Part shown: positions 51,955 through 64,000 of the stretch, one piece after another
Layout of the letters: each line of letters starts with the position of its first letter
Numbering within the stretch: position 1 is the first letter of the stretch
Assembly: GCA_002633005.1 (NCBI GenBank)
Contig: NMRA01000867.1
Span: 49,661-113,660, forward strand
From: Phoronis australis
Lineage: Eukaryota; Animalia; Phoronida
Length of the DNA stretch: 64,000 bases
Direction of reading: 5' to 3'
Made by a program: the position numbers and the translations under genes
Notes under the pieces: model-generated
What the model was told of the DNA's origin: nothing
The model's database searches: none
What the model saw: the letters and a program-made list of their open reading frames with translations, nothing else

Positions 51955-52312
51955 CATATATGTCAAATAAACTTAGATAAATCTGGAACCTCAACTGGGA
52001 ATTGAACCACAGGTCTCTAGATTGCCGGTCTAGTGCTCTTACATTTGAGCTACTGAGGACCCAATATCTGCACAATTACTGTCAGACAACTGTTATGTCA
52101 TACATCCCACGAGCAGCACTTCGCCATTTTCATACGAGATTTGAACAATTTATATCATGATATAATTGTCCAAATCTCCAAACAGTAATTGCGCAGATAT
52201 CGGGTCCTCAGTAGCTCAGTGGTAAGAGCACTTGAGCTGTAATCTAGAGATCTGTGGTTCGATTCCAAGTTGGCTGGGGGTTCCTGATTTGTCTGTGTTT
52301 ATTTGATGTATA
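51955..52312. mobile_element. Palindromic element whose arms are two divergently oriented tRNA-like (Pol III) sequences
   Basis: 51955-52083 is the reverse complement of ~52182-52312. The right arm has A box TAGCTCAGTGGTAAGAGC and B box GGTTCGATTCC, and the left arm has near-identical boxes. Confidence 0.75.
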
Positions 52313-52826
52313 CTGGTGTACTTCAAGTTTTGAGATGAAAATGATTAATGTTGGGGGAAATTCATTCTCTGCAATGAATTCATTGAATGCTGTGATTAAC
52401 AAACATACGCGTTTGTCTACGCATGTTTCATTTGAAGAGGACCCGGGTGAAGGGGTGATGCATCACAGTTCAGGCATGTAAAATTATTGATGTCACAATT
52501 CATGACTGGATTTTTCAAATTTCATGGATGACAACATTTATCTTCTTCCTCTGCTCGCCTTCAATCATCTACCCCTGACACCACGGATTCTCTGGCTGAT
52601 GATCATCAATCATCTCCCTTCTCCTAGGTTGCCTTGATCCAATTTATTGTCATTCTCATTAAAAACATTCAGATTAATTTCGCTTCTCCTAGCAGAATAA
52701 AAGTCCAAAATCGCACATACAGTCACTTTCAAGTCATGGGTCATGGATTTAAAAAAATCAGTTTTTATCCTCCCACATCATAAATGGCATTTCACAGCTG
52801 TCGCGCCAAAGCCTTGTTTGACTTAA

Positions 52827-53747
52827 AGGCGGAGGAAACCTTTTTTCATGTTATTTTTAGCAAAAATAAGGTTCGTTGATTATCCCAGACATATTTTTCA
52901 CTTAATTACAGGTTTTCTTAATTTAATTGATTATTCGTTCCCTACTCCAGAAGTGACATTTTGGAAGGCAAGAATTTCGAGCCAATTTCTTTGCATAGTC
53001 TGATTGTGAGAGCTGTCGAGTCAGTCATTGGTGTACCTCGGTTAGTGTGATAAGTTTGGTTGTCGTTTGTTTTTGTTTACGAGTCGGTCATCGTGCTTCA
53101 CTGTTGCTGCGTACTGGGATGTACTCATTATCATCAAGAGCCTGCAAGCAGCTCTGCTGCGATGTTGAGTAGTGGGAGTGAATACAGGCCCTGAGTTTGA
53201 CACCCATTGAAGAGGACAGTTCGTCGATCAATGAACAGATCGGTGAGTCAAACTTTGGTAAGTTTATTGTAGACTTGTCTAAAGTATTTGGGCTATTTAG
53301 AGGGTACCAGGTGTGTGGCGAGGGAGTCACACGGCGGGATGAAAGCAGTTTGTATGCTCAAATCACTATCCAGTGGGAGTGTGTCGTGGGACACTCGGGC
53401 AAGTGAGACAGTTGTTCCTCTGTGCATGAGATGATAATGAGTACATCCTGGTATGCAGCAACAACGTGGCATGTTGACTGACTTGTAAACAAAAGCAAAC
53501 GACGACCGAACTTATCACAACCGAGATAGAACAATGACTGACTCGGCAGCTCTCACGGTCAAACTATATGAAAACATATTGGCGTGAAGTTCTTGCCTCC
53601 CAAAACGTCACAAGTTTCCGGAGTAGAGGATGAGTAATTGTTTAAATTACCGTACCAAAAAGATGTAATTAACTGAAAAGTATATCTGGGATAATCATCA
53701 AACCTTATTTTTGCTAAAAATTACATGAAAAGAGGTTGCCTTCGTCT
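52827..53747 (+). mobile_element. Kolobok-type deletion derivative with long TIRs and a transposase fragment
   Basis: TTAA flanks; ~250 bp TIRs (AGGCGGAGGAAACC..CATG / CATG..GGTTGCCTTCGTCT); internal KFIVDLSKVFGLFRGYQVCG...ITIQWECVVGHSGK. Confidence 0.8.
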
Positions 53748-54542
53748 TTAAATGTTTCCAGTTATGGCAGTTTTGGTTTACTCAAAACTGCCAGTGAAAG
53801 TGACTGTGCAAACATTCATGTGACTCGGGCATTTGTGCTCATGCTTGAAAAATGTTATGGTTTTAGTTTGTATGTGGAAGTCCAGTTTAAAGGTACCAAT
53901 GCTGGTCGCTAGAATCCAGTTTTTAATGCTTTTCAGGACAAGTTCTGACTGCTGAAACAGATTGCTCTTTAGAAATAGGTTATGGTACTGTACACAATGC
54001 TTCGCTCATAGTGTTATTGTGTAACAAAACAGGCTAGATTTAATTTGAATAGAAGCAAATTCATATTGCAAGAACTGAAGTTATTGATTGTTATTGACTG
54101 TCAGACTTGTGAGGAGAAAATTGTATAATATTATGTTGCATAGACTCAGATCTTACCTCTTACTATTTTTCACACCATTGCAGCTTGCCAGAGTTATACA
54201 CTTGGAAGCCTTAGCATCACGGCTTTTCATGGAACTAATCCTTCAAAGCACAGGGGATACTGTCTTCAATGTGACCATAGCTGTAACAATCCAAATTGTA
54301 TGTTTTAATGAAGCTGAACTTAGGTCATAAGAGTGGCATCTTTACCACTAGACCATTTGAGTGACAGTCACTTGTTATGGTATCATAAGATGTGGTAAAC
54401 TTAATTGAACTCGCACTATTAATACATAGGTAAAAATACAACATTAAAATTGTTGACCATACAAAAGTAATATTAAAAATATGAAATGAAAACAAGTCTA
54501 CTCTAGTGTTTGAAATACACGCTGGCCCGATGTCCTGGGGCC

Positions 54543-57500
54543 AGTGGATTTGCGACCAGGCCAGTAACTTCAGTTTAAAAGTTAACTCTAGGCACCTTTG
54601 CCAGTAAATTTTCAGACTCATTTATTTACTGAAGTTCAAACACTGGTATACACTCAAAAAATAACTCTAAACTGTATATATATCTACTGATAGTCAAAGT
54701 ATACAAAGTTAATTTAGTAAGCAAGCGTCACCTGTAACCTATTCATTGCATGCTTGCAGCAGCATGAGAAAGCCCATATAAATAAATGAATGATGTGGTG
54801 AATATGGTGCTCAGATCTTACACAATAGGGTGTATTACTAGGAAATTAGGTGAGTGCTCTAAATTAGTGGAGAAATACTGTGTGGATAACAATGAAGAAT
54901 GTCTTATTACAAAATGTGCTAATTGCAGAATACTTCAGATCAGATTCATCTATTGGATAGACAATAAGATGAAACGTTCAAACTTAGAAAAAACTTAGAA
55001 TTAGTTGAATACATTATAATTTGAGGTATAAAACATGAAAGTGGCAATTCATCCAACAAGTCTGCCAAACAGGCCGATTTTTGATTTTCATACAACAAAC
55101 TTTTCTGCGATTTCATTCGGTCAATAGACGTGCGCCTACTTCAGCTCCGCCATGTCAGTGAATAGTCCCATTTAGACATCCAACTTTCGGCCCGGCGCAA
55201 CTGACACGGAGCAAACTGATCGTTTAAACACGCAAGTCACTAACTTTGGCAAGACGGGAATTGTAGGCTGGAGACTGCATGGATCACACATGCGCAGGTT
55301 TTCAAATGACGGGAGTTCAAGAGACAGAGAATCTGTAGTTAAGTTATTTCACAAGCGCAGTAGAGATGATCCTTTCCGCCTTGCCCCAGTTTCGTGTTTA
55401 GACCGCAGTGTTAATTTTCTCCAGTTCAGTCCCGTTTACTCACATACTTGCGCTGGAACAACTCGTTCTGTGTCAGCTGATCCGTGTCAACTTTTGTAGT
55501 GTAAACGGCACTAATGAGAGTTTGCATTCTTGTCGGGTAAATAACAAACATCTCATTGTTTGATAAGCTTGTGACGTTATATTAACCAATGGGATTGTTG
55601 AAAGTTTGTTGGGTGAATTTAAGCTGAGAGAATGTCAGCTATATTGACCAACCTGTCAGCTAAATAGCAAATTGGCTCATTTGTCCAACTTATTAAATCC
55701 AGTAAATAGAAAGCATATTAAACGTACAACATTTGACATTCCAGCAGAGATGCCATGGTTAGTACTAGTATACATTGTTGAAGTTCTTATCTGCTGGGCT
55801 GAGTTACTGAATGACCAGTAGCTAAATGGAGCTTGGTAATGGCTTGATCAGGATTTGAGCAAGTTTGCTTGATCTTTGCACCAACAATTCTCATGAAAAC
55901 CATGAAGTTAATTTTTAACCTATCAAATCATCCTTTCCCTATGGCAATGGCATCTGGCTGACCATCAGCATGAATTGAGAGGCCACATGCAATTGGATGG
56001 TTAATCTGCATGTCCATGTTCATGTCGAAGGTCATTCTTTTTATTAACGTACTCATGGTTCAGGGGATCTGCTTGGAAGCTTCCTTTTGGCTTCTGTTTA
56101 GCCAGTCAATATTGATTTCTGAACTGAAGTGTTTTGGGGTTTAAAATCATGGCCACACTCATCCTGTCTTGAATATTATTGCTTAGAGAGCTGGTATATT
56201 CCTCAAGCATTGTTGCAGGCAACTAGCGCCTTTTTTGAATCAGCCACTATAGGGTTGGCCAATTTCTGTGAACTCGGAAGCATTCTCTTGAGTCGCTGAC
56301 GGTTTTGATATGTAGTTGGTAACAGAAAAAAACTCTGATTTTATGAGAGTAAAAGGACTAATTTGATTTTCGTTTTGTAGCCTGTTAAAAGGGACAAAAA
56401 GTAGAAACCATTGCATTGAACATTCATGGTATATTTTTGTGACTAAATTCAGTTGGTGCATAATCTGCAGTTATAATTTTGAAGGAAGGGACATTGTGGT
56501 TAAAAAATAAAAATGAAGGGACATTGTGGTTAAAAAATAAAAATGACCCTGGTTACAGTTTTTGTTCTTTCGACAAGATCTAATGGTACCTCAACCATTT
56601 GTCACTGGTGAATTCAATTTCTCTGTAACAAAAACGAGAACACCCAATTTTAATTAAAAGTTTATCATTTCCACCTCAGACTATGAAACTCGTGGTCTGT
56701 GCCAAGCTCCTTGAGCGACACAAAAAAGTTGCAAATGTGGATGATCGGGTAATCTTCTGTTATTCGTCGTCTGTTGTCACGTGATGATAAGTACCAACTA
56801 ATACTATTACTGTCTAACATCTTAATTGAAGACATGGGGTTTGTTATGATACAAAAATGATAACAAGTGAAATGACACAAGTTTTTAAAATTTTAGCTGG
56901 GTGTGCCTGTATTGTGAGTTTGTAAGACACTTTGAAACCACAAGATATATTTTGGATAGTGAGGCTTGTCAAGAGCCCAAAATGAAGGAAATTTTAAATT
57001 GTGTCATCTGATCACTCTTTTGCTCTGATCAAGATTCTCAGAATTAAAATTTTTAATAGGGCAGAAATGTCGTTGTGAACAAATGACCAAAGAAGGACAC
57101 CCCGGGTGCCTTCTTGATTTTGGAAATTATGGGTTGTATTCTGGTGTTTGGTGAAATAATAACGTTTTGGTGTCAATGCGAATAACGTGGAGTGTGAGAT
57201 CAGATTTTGCTCTGACAGCAAATGTTAGTGGTGTAAACATTAGCTGGCTGTTACAAAACTGGACGGAAACTACTGATGAGGGCAGGAGAATTCAATGAGT
57301 ATGCAAAGACAGCCACTGAACTTCGGAACATCATGTCTCAGAAATGACTGATCAGATTTATTCATGCTTTAAACATTGTTCTGAAAAACACCTTTACAGA
57401 TTGTTTTTAGATTGTTCCACTTTTTCATGAGCAGTTATCTGAAAACAGGACTAGAATTTATGATTTTCATAAAAAATCAACAGATGCAAACAATACAAAA

Positions 57501-60335
57501 ACGCAATCATAATTTAAAGAATGGTACCCTAGCTGGTAACAATGTTTTGGAGATTTTATTTTGAACATTTATATCCAATGAAATTTGGTCATGTTATTGC
57601 GGGTAAAACCATTGTTTTGGTTTTAACATTACTTTCTTTTGTGCTACATTTTACTAAAAGACGTTGCCATGTGACAAGAATTTTGGCTTGTTGGTAAAAA
57701 GTCAAAAACCAAATTCTACAGCCTTTCTGCTTTCAGAAAATATAACTTTTACTTTTTTAAATTTTATTAGCTTGCTAGATATTTGAAACAGCTCATGGAA
57801 ATCCCTGCTACCTTAAAGTCTTGAGCTCCTACATTTTTCAATTTTGAGTTGATAGAAAATGTCCCTGTCTGCTATCAAGGAGCTTACCCAGCTATGACAT
57901 CAGTTAATATTACAGCTCCACTGAATAAACTGACTTATTAGACACTTGGTGTAAGTGCCGACGCACTCTTGTGTTTGTAGTCTGACTATATTCGCCATCT
58001 GTTGGTGGTTTATGTGTTTGCTCNAGTGGATTTGCGACCAGGCCAGTAACTTCAGTTTAAAAGTTAACTCTAGGCACCTTTGCCAGTAAATTTTCAGACT
58101 AACTGGCCTGGAAGGCCAGCTCATTTATTTAAACACTGGTCTACACTAAAAAATAACTCTAATCTTTATTTATATCTACTGATAGTCAAAGTATAGAAAG
58201 TTAATTTAGTAAGCAAGCTTCACCTGTAACCTATTCATTGCATGCTTGCAGCAGCATGAGAAAGCCTATATAAATAAATGAATATTGTGGTGAATATGGT
58301 GCTCAGATCTTAAACAATAGGGTGTATTACTAGAAAATTAGGTGAGTGTGCTAAATTAGTGGAGAAATACTGTGTTGATAACAATATGTCTTATTACAAA
58401 ATGTGCAAATTGCAGAATACTTCAGATCAGATTCATCTATTGGATAGACAATAAGATGAAACTTTCAAACTTAGACAAACCTTAGAATTAGTTGAATACA
58501 TTATGATTTGAGGTATAAAACATGAAAGTAGCTGTTCATCCAACAAGTTCATCCTCGCCACCATCGTCGTCATCTTCGTCATCATCTTTATCATCATCTT
58601 TTTGGTTAATTTTGCCAAGTTTCGCTCCTCGGAGCGCTTTCATTTTAATCATCCACTATAGGGTTGGCCAACTTCTGTGAACTCGGAAGCATTCTCTTGA
58701 GTCGCTGATGGTTTTGATGTGTAGTTGGTAAAAGAAAAAAAAACTGATTTATGAGAGTAAAAGGATTAATTTGATTTTCGTTTTGTAGCCTGTTAAACGG
58801 GACAAAAAGTAGAAACCATTGCATTGAACATTCATGGTATATTTTTTGACTAAATTTGGTTAGTGCACAATTTGCAATTATAATTTTGAAGGAAGGGACA
58901 TTGTGGTTAAAAAATAAAAATGATCTTGGTTACAGTTTTTGTTCTTCTGACAAGAACTAATGGTACCTCAACCATTTGTCACTGGTGAATTCAATTTCTA
59001 TGTAACAAAAAAGAGAACACCCAATTTCAATTAAAAGTTTATCATTGCCACCTCAGACTATAAAACTCATGGTCTTTGCCAAGCTCCTTGAGTGACACAA
59101 AAAAGTTGCAAACATGGATAGTCAGGTAATCTTCTGTTATTCTTCGTCTGTTGCCACGTGATGATAAGTACCAACTAAGACTATTGCTGTCTAACATCTT
59201 AATTGAAGACATGGGGTTTATTATGATACTGACAAAAATGATGACAAGTGAAATGACACAAGTTTTTAAAATTTTAGCTGGGTGTGCCTGTCTGGGGATT
59301 GTGAGTTTGTAAGACACTTTGAAACCACAAGTTATAGTTTGGATAGTGAGGCTTGTCAAGAGCCCAAAATGAAGGAAATTTTAAATTGTATCATCCGATC
59401 ACTCTTTTGCTCTGATCAAGATTCTCAGAATTAAAATTTTTAATAGGGCAGAAATGTCGTTGTGAACAAATGACCAAAGAAGGACATTCCGGGTGCCTTC
59501 TTGATTTTGGAAATTATGGGTTGTATTCTGGTGTTTGGTGAAATATTATTGTTTTGCTGATGTGAATAAAGTGGAGTGTGAGATCAGATTTTGCACTGAC
59601 AGCGAATGTTAGTGGTGTAAACATTAGCTGGCTGTTACAAAACTGGACGGAAACTACTGATGAGGGCTTGAGAATTCAATGAGTATGCAAAGACAGCCAC
59701 TGAACTTCGGAACATCATGTCTCAAAAATAACTGATCAGATTTATTCATGCTTTAAACATTGTTCTGAAAAACACCTTTACAGATTGTTTTTAGATTGTT
59801 CCACTTTTTCATGAGCAGTTATCTGAAAACAGGACTAGAATTTATGATTTTCATAAAAAATCAACAGATGCAAATAATACAAAAACGCAATCATAATTTA
59901 AAGAATGGTACCCTGGTAACAATGTTTTGGAGATTTTATTTTGAACATTTATATCCAATGAAATTTGGTCATGTTATTGTGGCTAAAACCATTGTTTTGG
60001 TTTTAACATTACTTTCTTTTGTGCTACATTTTACTAAAAGACGTTGCCATGTGACAAGAATTTTGGCATGTTGGTAAAAAGTCAAAAACCGTATTCTACA
60101 GCCTTTCTGCTTTCAGAAAATATAACTTTTACTTTTTTAAATTTTATTAGCTTGCTAGATATTTGAAACAGCCCATGGAAATCCCTGCTACCTTAAAGTC
60201 TTGAGCTCCTATATTTTTCAATTTTGAGTTGATAGAAAATGTCCCTGTCTGCTATCAAGGAGCTTACCCAGCTATGACATCAGTTTAGGCTAATATTACA
60301 GCTCCACTGAATAAACTGACTTATTAGACACTTGG
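54543..60335. repeat. Near-identical direct duplication (54543-57950 vs 58025-60335) joined at a single N
   Basis: 54543-55060 ~ 58025-58548 and 56240-57950 ~ 58650-60335; N at 58024. Confidence 0.9.
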
Positions 60336-61554
60336 TTTCTCTGCCCTTCATGTGTGGTGTTTTAACATTTAAAAATTCCAATGAAGTTGTCTTATAAATG
60401 AGAAGAATGCAATCAGTGCGAAACTTTCAAATGTTGTCATTTGAAGGGAGAGAGTGTCATCAATATACGAAACTTTGAATACGATAAAACTATGACCAAG
60501 CCTACTCTCCAGTGGATCCAATGTTAACCAAAACCTGTCTGCCAGCTGACCCAAAAGGATTATTACCTTTGAGTGGCCATCAGTCTCTTGACCTAAGCAC
60601 AACAACCTTGTAATTCACAAGAGAGTTTGCTCTGGGTTGTAAATGGCAAAGATAGGAGTAACTTAAATTATGTTGTACATATGGTAGTACCAGCTCCTAT
60701 TATTTACCTCTTACATTAATGCCTGTAGACGTTTACGAAGTGTCCCAGCAATTTGAAAGCTCTTATCAATTTCTTTCACCTTATTGAGCTGGCAAAAAAA
60801 TGAATGTTAGACCTTTTATTCTAGTCTCATGATATTCCTTTTTGTGTTCAGAGTATTTTTCCATTATGAACAGGAACATCGAAACTATTAGCGACTCGAA
60901 TTTATGAAACACTTTATAAGAGTTGGTCAACCCTGACATTGCAAAATGGCACGTGTAGACATTGCCTGTCGGCTTATTCAACAATATTTCAAAATCAGGT
61001 GAGTGTGGTTGTTTTAAATCCCAAGGAGCTTCGTTGAGATTTCACCGTGGCCATAAAGCTAACCAGTGGCAAAATACGGGTTTAACTGCCAACCATGAGT
61101 AAAGAGAGATTCAAATTGTCCAGTAGGCCCTGAGGATGGGAAACAGTAGGGTAAAACCTCACTAATTCGGGACACAATATCATTATGGATGACAAGTGAA
61201 ATGTTACGAGCTGTCTTACATCATCTCTTGTGTTGCTTTTTATTGCCCATCTTTCCAGAGATTATTATTTAACATTTATTAATTTACACTCATATTTCTG
61301 CAACATTATCTGTCATAATGAATTTCCTTTTATTTCGCTTATATAGGGTCTCTTTTTTATCTCTGGAAAAGGAGCTTGTGACGCACCTATCATTTTCGGG
61401 ACACATGTCAAACATAAATGTATGTCATCATTTTTGTATCTACAGTATGTAGCACCAAGTTAAATGCTTTTCCATGTCCTAAGTTTTGTACCACATTTAC
61501 CATCATGGGCAGTCACAGCAAATATTAGAAGCTCTTGGAAAATGAAAAAATGTC

Positions 61555-62500
61555 ATTCATGCCATAAACATTCCCACTAAATAAGATTGCCCCAAACCCC
61601 TCCGATCAGGGAAAATGGTAGGGTTTGGCCGATTGAACTAGACCGTATTTATCCACCTTGGCTGTGTCGCGCTCAGCTCACGATCAAAAGGATCCCGCCA
61701 AGGTGCTCTATTCATCGAGTCACCAGCGAGGATAATTGGCTTCGCTCATGCGGATACGTTCAGCTGATTACAATCTAGCCTAGATGACTGTACTNTCAGC
61801 CAAGGTGGATAAATACGGTCTAGTTCAATTTTCCATACCCCACCGTTTACCTTAACCACTGGGGTTAGAACCAATCTTATTTAGTGGGAATGTTCATATC
61901 ATGAAGGTGTAAATATTACACACAGCCATGCCATAAACATTCCCACTAAATAAGACTGTCCCAAACCCTGCCGATCAGGGAAAACGGTGGGGTTTGGCCG
62001 ATTGAACCTGACTGTATTTATCCACCTTGGCTGTGTCACGCTCAGCTCACGGTCAAAGGGATCCCGCCTAGCTGCTCTATTCATCGAGTCAGGAGCGAGG
62101 ATAACTGGCTTCGCTCATGCGGATACGATCAGCTGATTACAATCTAGCCTAGATGACCGTACTTTTTATGGAGAGCGTTTTACGTAGTTTTGAGTGTAAT
62201 ATTTGAAAAGAGGAGACAAAAAAAATGTTGGTACAATTTTTCAAATTGGCCCAGAATAAGAGATTTAGCAACACTCACGATTACTTTCATTCGGCGCGCA
62301 CGAATACAAAATATAGGACCCAAGTTAGGATAATATAGAACTACTCTGTATGTTATTTAGATTTTGGAANCCCAGAATAAGAGATTTAGCAACACAGCAA
62401 CACTCACGATTACTTTCATTCGGCGCGCACGAATACAAAAATATAGGATCCAAGTTAGGATAATATAGAACTACTCTGTATGTTATTTAGATTTTGGAAC
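61555..62500. repeat. Short direct/inverted duplications around single Ns (61795, 62370)
   Basis: 61557-61794 ~ 61927-62163; 61797-61900 is an inverted copy of its start; 62250-62369 ~ 62371-62499. Confidence 0.8.
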
Positions 62501-63518
62501 ACATGCATTGCAATATTCAAAATACGTTTATTATAGCTCTTACAAGCTGTAAAATGACGTTGTTTAATTTCATTGTGCTCATTCCATTGTCATCCTTCAA
62601 ATTGGAAATTTCCGAGATGTGATCTGCGACATGAGCGTATGTATACAAAACACGGGATCGTTATGTTCCTGAAGTACAAACATTAAGAAACTTTAGCATG
62701 CCATTATTATTGACGTACACGATAAAACGAATTTGGATTTTGACGATAGTCTTGATACAGCGAGTCGGCTAACTATAGGTACCACTGCGTCAGTGTCTCC
62801 ATTAGACCCAGAAATTTCACACAGCCCGGATAGTTCAGCTCATCACCCATGTAGATCGAGCCTAGGATGATACTCCACGGTTGAGCTAACGACCATCGGC
62901 CAGTGCACACAAAAAGTGCGAGTTAACCGGCACTCACCTTGCACATTGCAGCCGTTTAAGTGAAAAACAATCTAATATATGCCATTTGCTTGTATAATCC
63001 TCTGTTGCTGATGACCCGCACGCACTCGCTCACTCACTCTCATACGCAGACGAACTTCAAAACAAACATCACGTGACAACAACATGTGTGTTCATCCAGA
63101 GATTTTTCTCGTGTTGTGGGGTACGATGTAGCGCAGATTTAGACTTAATCGCAATTAATCTGGACTCCACATGAACTTAAANNNNNNNNNNNNNNNNNNN
63201 NNNNNNNNNNNNNNNNNNNNNNNNNNNNNNNNNNNNNNNNNNNNNNNNNNNNNNNNNNNNNNNNNNNNNNNNNNNNNNNNNNNNNNNNNNNNNNNNNNNN
63301 NNNNNNNNNNNNNNNNNNNNNNNNNNNNNNNNNNNNNCGCCACTTGGTTTTGCGTTGACTTTACCGTGCGAATCTGTTCTATTCTACTTTTGTTTTGTGC
63401 TGTTTTTCTACAAATGTCGCCACCACTTTCCATCGGCGAGTATTCTGCGGCAAGATAGGTTAGTAGAGAACTCAACTACGTTGGATTTAGGGATTGTTTA
63501 GTGTGTTGTAAGCTGAAA

Positions 63519-63830
63519 ATGGCTGGAGTCGGTTACCCGTATCACAGTGACAGTAGTGTGAGTGACGGAGACCTTGTTCACAGCAGTGGTGACGAGGAAT
63601 TTTTTCACGGACATTCAGTGGGTGGGTACATGTTTGAGCCCGAGTATAACGAGGTAGAGTACGCTCAGGCACAGGCAGCTGTTGAGAGAAACGAGGCGGC
63701 TACTGAGGACAGACGTGGTGACACATCTTGGTGCAAATGCACTGTATACGTTGTTATGCCTACCTCAATGGAATGCTTGTGCTGTTCAGAGTTCGACGAG
63801 GCCAAGCCACAACTGGACATGGTTAAGTGA
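63519..63830 (+). pseudogene. Truncated P2X7 C-terminal (ballast)-like / KolX-type ORF of a Kolobok transposon
   Basis: Acidic N-terminus, YMFEPEY, then RRGDTSWCKCTVYVVMPTSMECLCCSE, the Zn-binding Cys pattern of the P2RX7_C/Nanor-like family. Confidence 0.75.
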
Positions 63831-64000
63831 ACCTCCGGCATACCACGGACAGAGGAACAACTGTCCCACTTGCCAGAGTGTCCCGCGACACACTCCCACT
63901 GGATGGTGACCTGAGCACCCAAACTGCTTACATCGTGTCGTGTGACTCCCTCGCCACACACTTGGCACCTTCTAAATAGACAAGTCCACAATAAACTTAT
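63820..64000 (-). mobile_element. Kolobok-type transposase N-terminal fragment, convergent with the KolX-like ORF
   Basis: LFRRCQVCGEGVT...GAQVTIQWECVAGHSGKWDSCSSVRGMPEVHL; nucleotide match to 53255-53430. Confidence 0.75.

Noticed and set aside
52203-52278. Functional tRNA gene
   Set aside because: A/B boxes are present, but the acceptor and anticodon stems do not pair properly. It is one arm of a palindromic repeat.
63155-63475. ORFs spanning 63182-63337
   Set aside because: They are open only because of the N gap.

Overview
AT-rich eukaryotic (metazoan invertebrate) genomic DNA with spliced genes, dense transposon debris and assembly gaps. There are no prokaryotic features (no operons, rRNA or CRISPR). 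The left edge holds exon 1 of a secreted GH3 beta-xylosidase-like gene. The centre is a tandem segmental duplication: unit A ~5447-23786 and unit B ~23788-47726. Each unit carries a 5-exon MCT8/MCT10 (SLC16A2/A10)-like transporter on + and a convergent Methuselah/adhesion-like class B GPCR on -. The GPCR is a decayed pseudogene in A and has a 679-codon ORF with a damaged 5' end in B. The two transporter paralogues differ at predicted substrate-pocket residues and at the last splice donor (GT vs GC). The rest comprises several TTAA-flanked Kolobok-type DNA transposons (THAP/transposase and P2X7-ballast-like KolX remnants), L1/Tx1, CR1 and Penelope remnants, many MITEs, a head-to-head tRNA-like palindrome, and near-identical duplications joined by single Ns that are probably assembly artefacts. 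I found no clearly novel multi-gene system. The best leads are the diverging transporter/GPCR cassette and the tRNA-armed palindrome. All alignments were made by eye.
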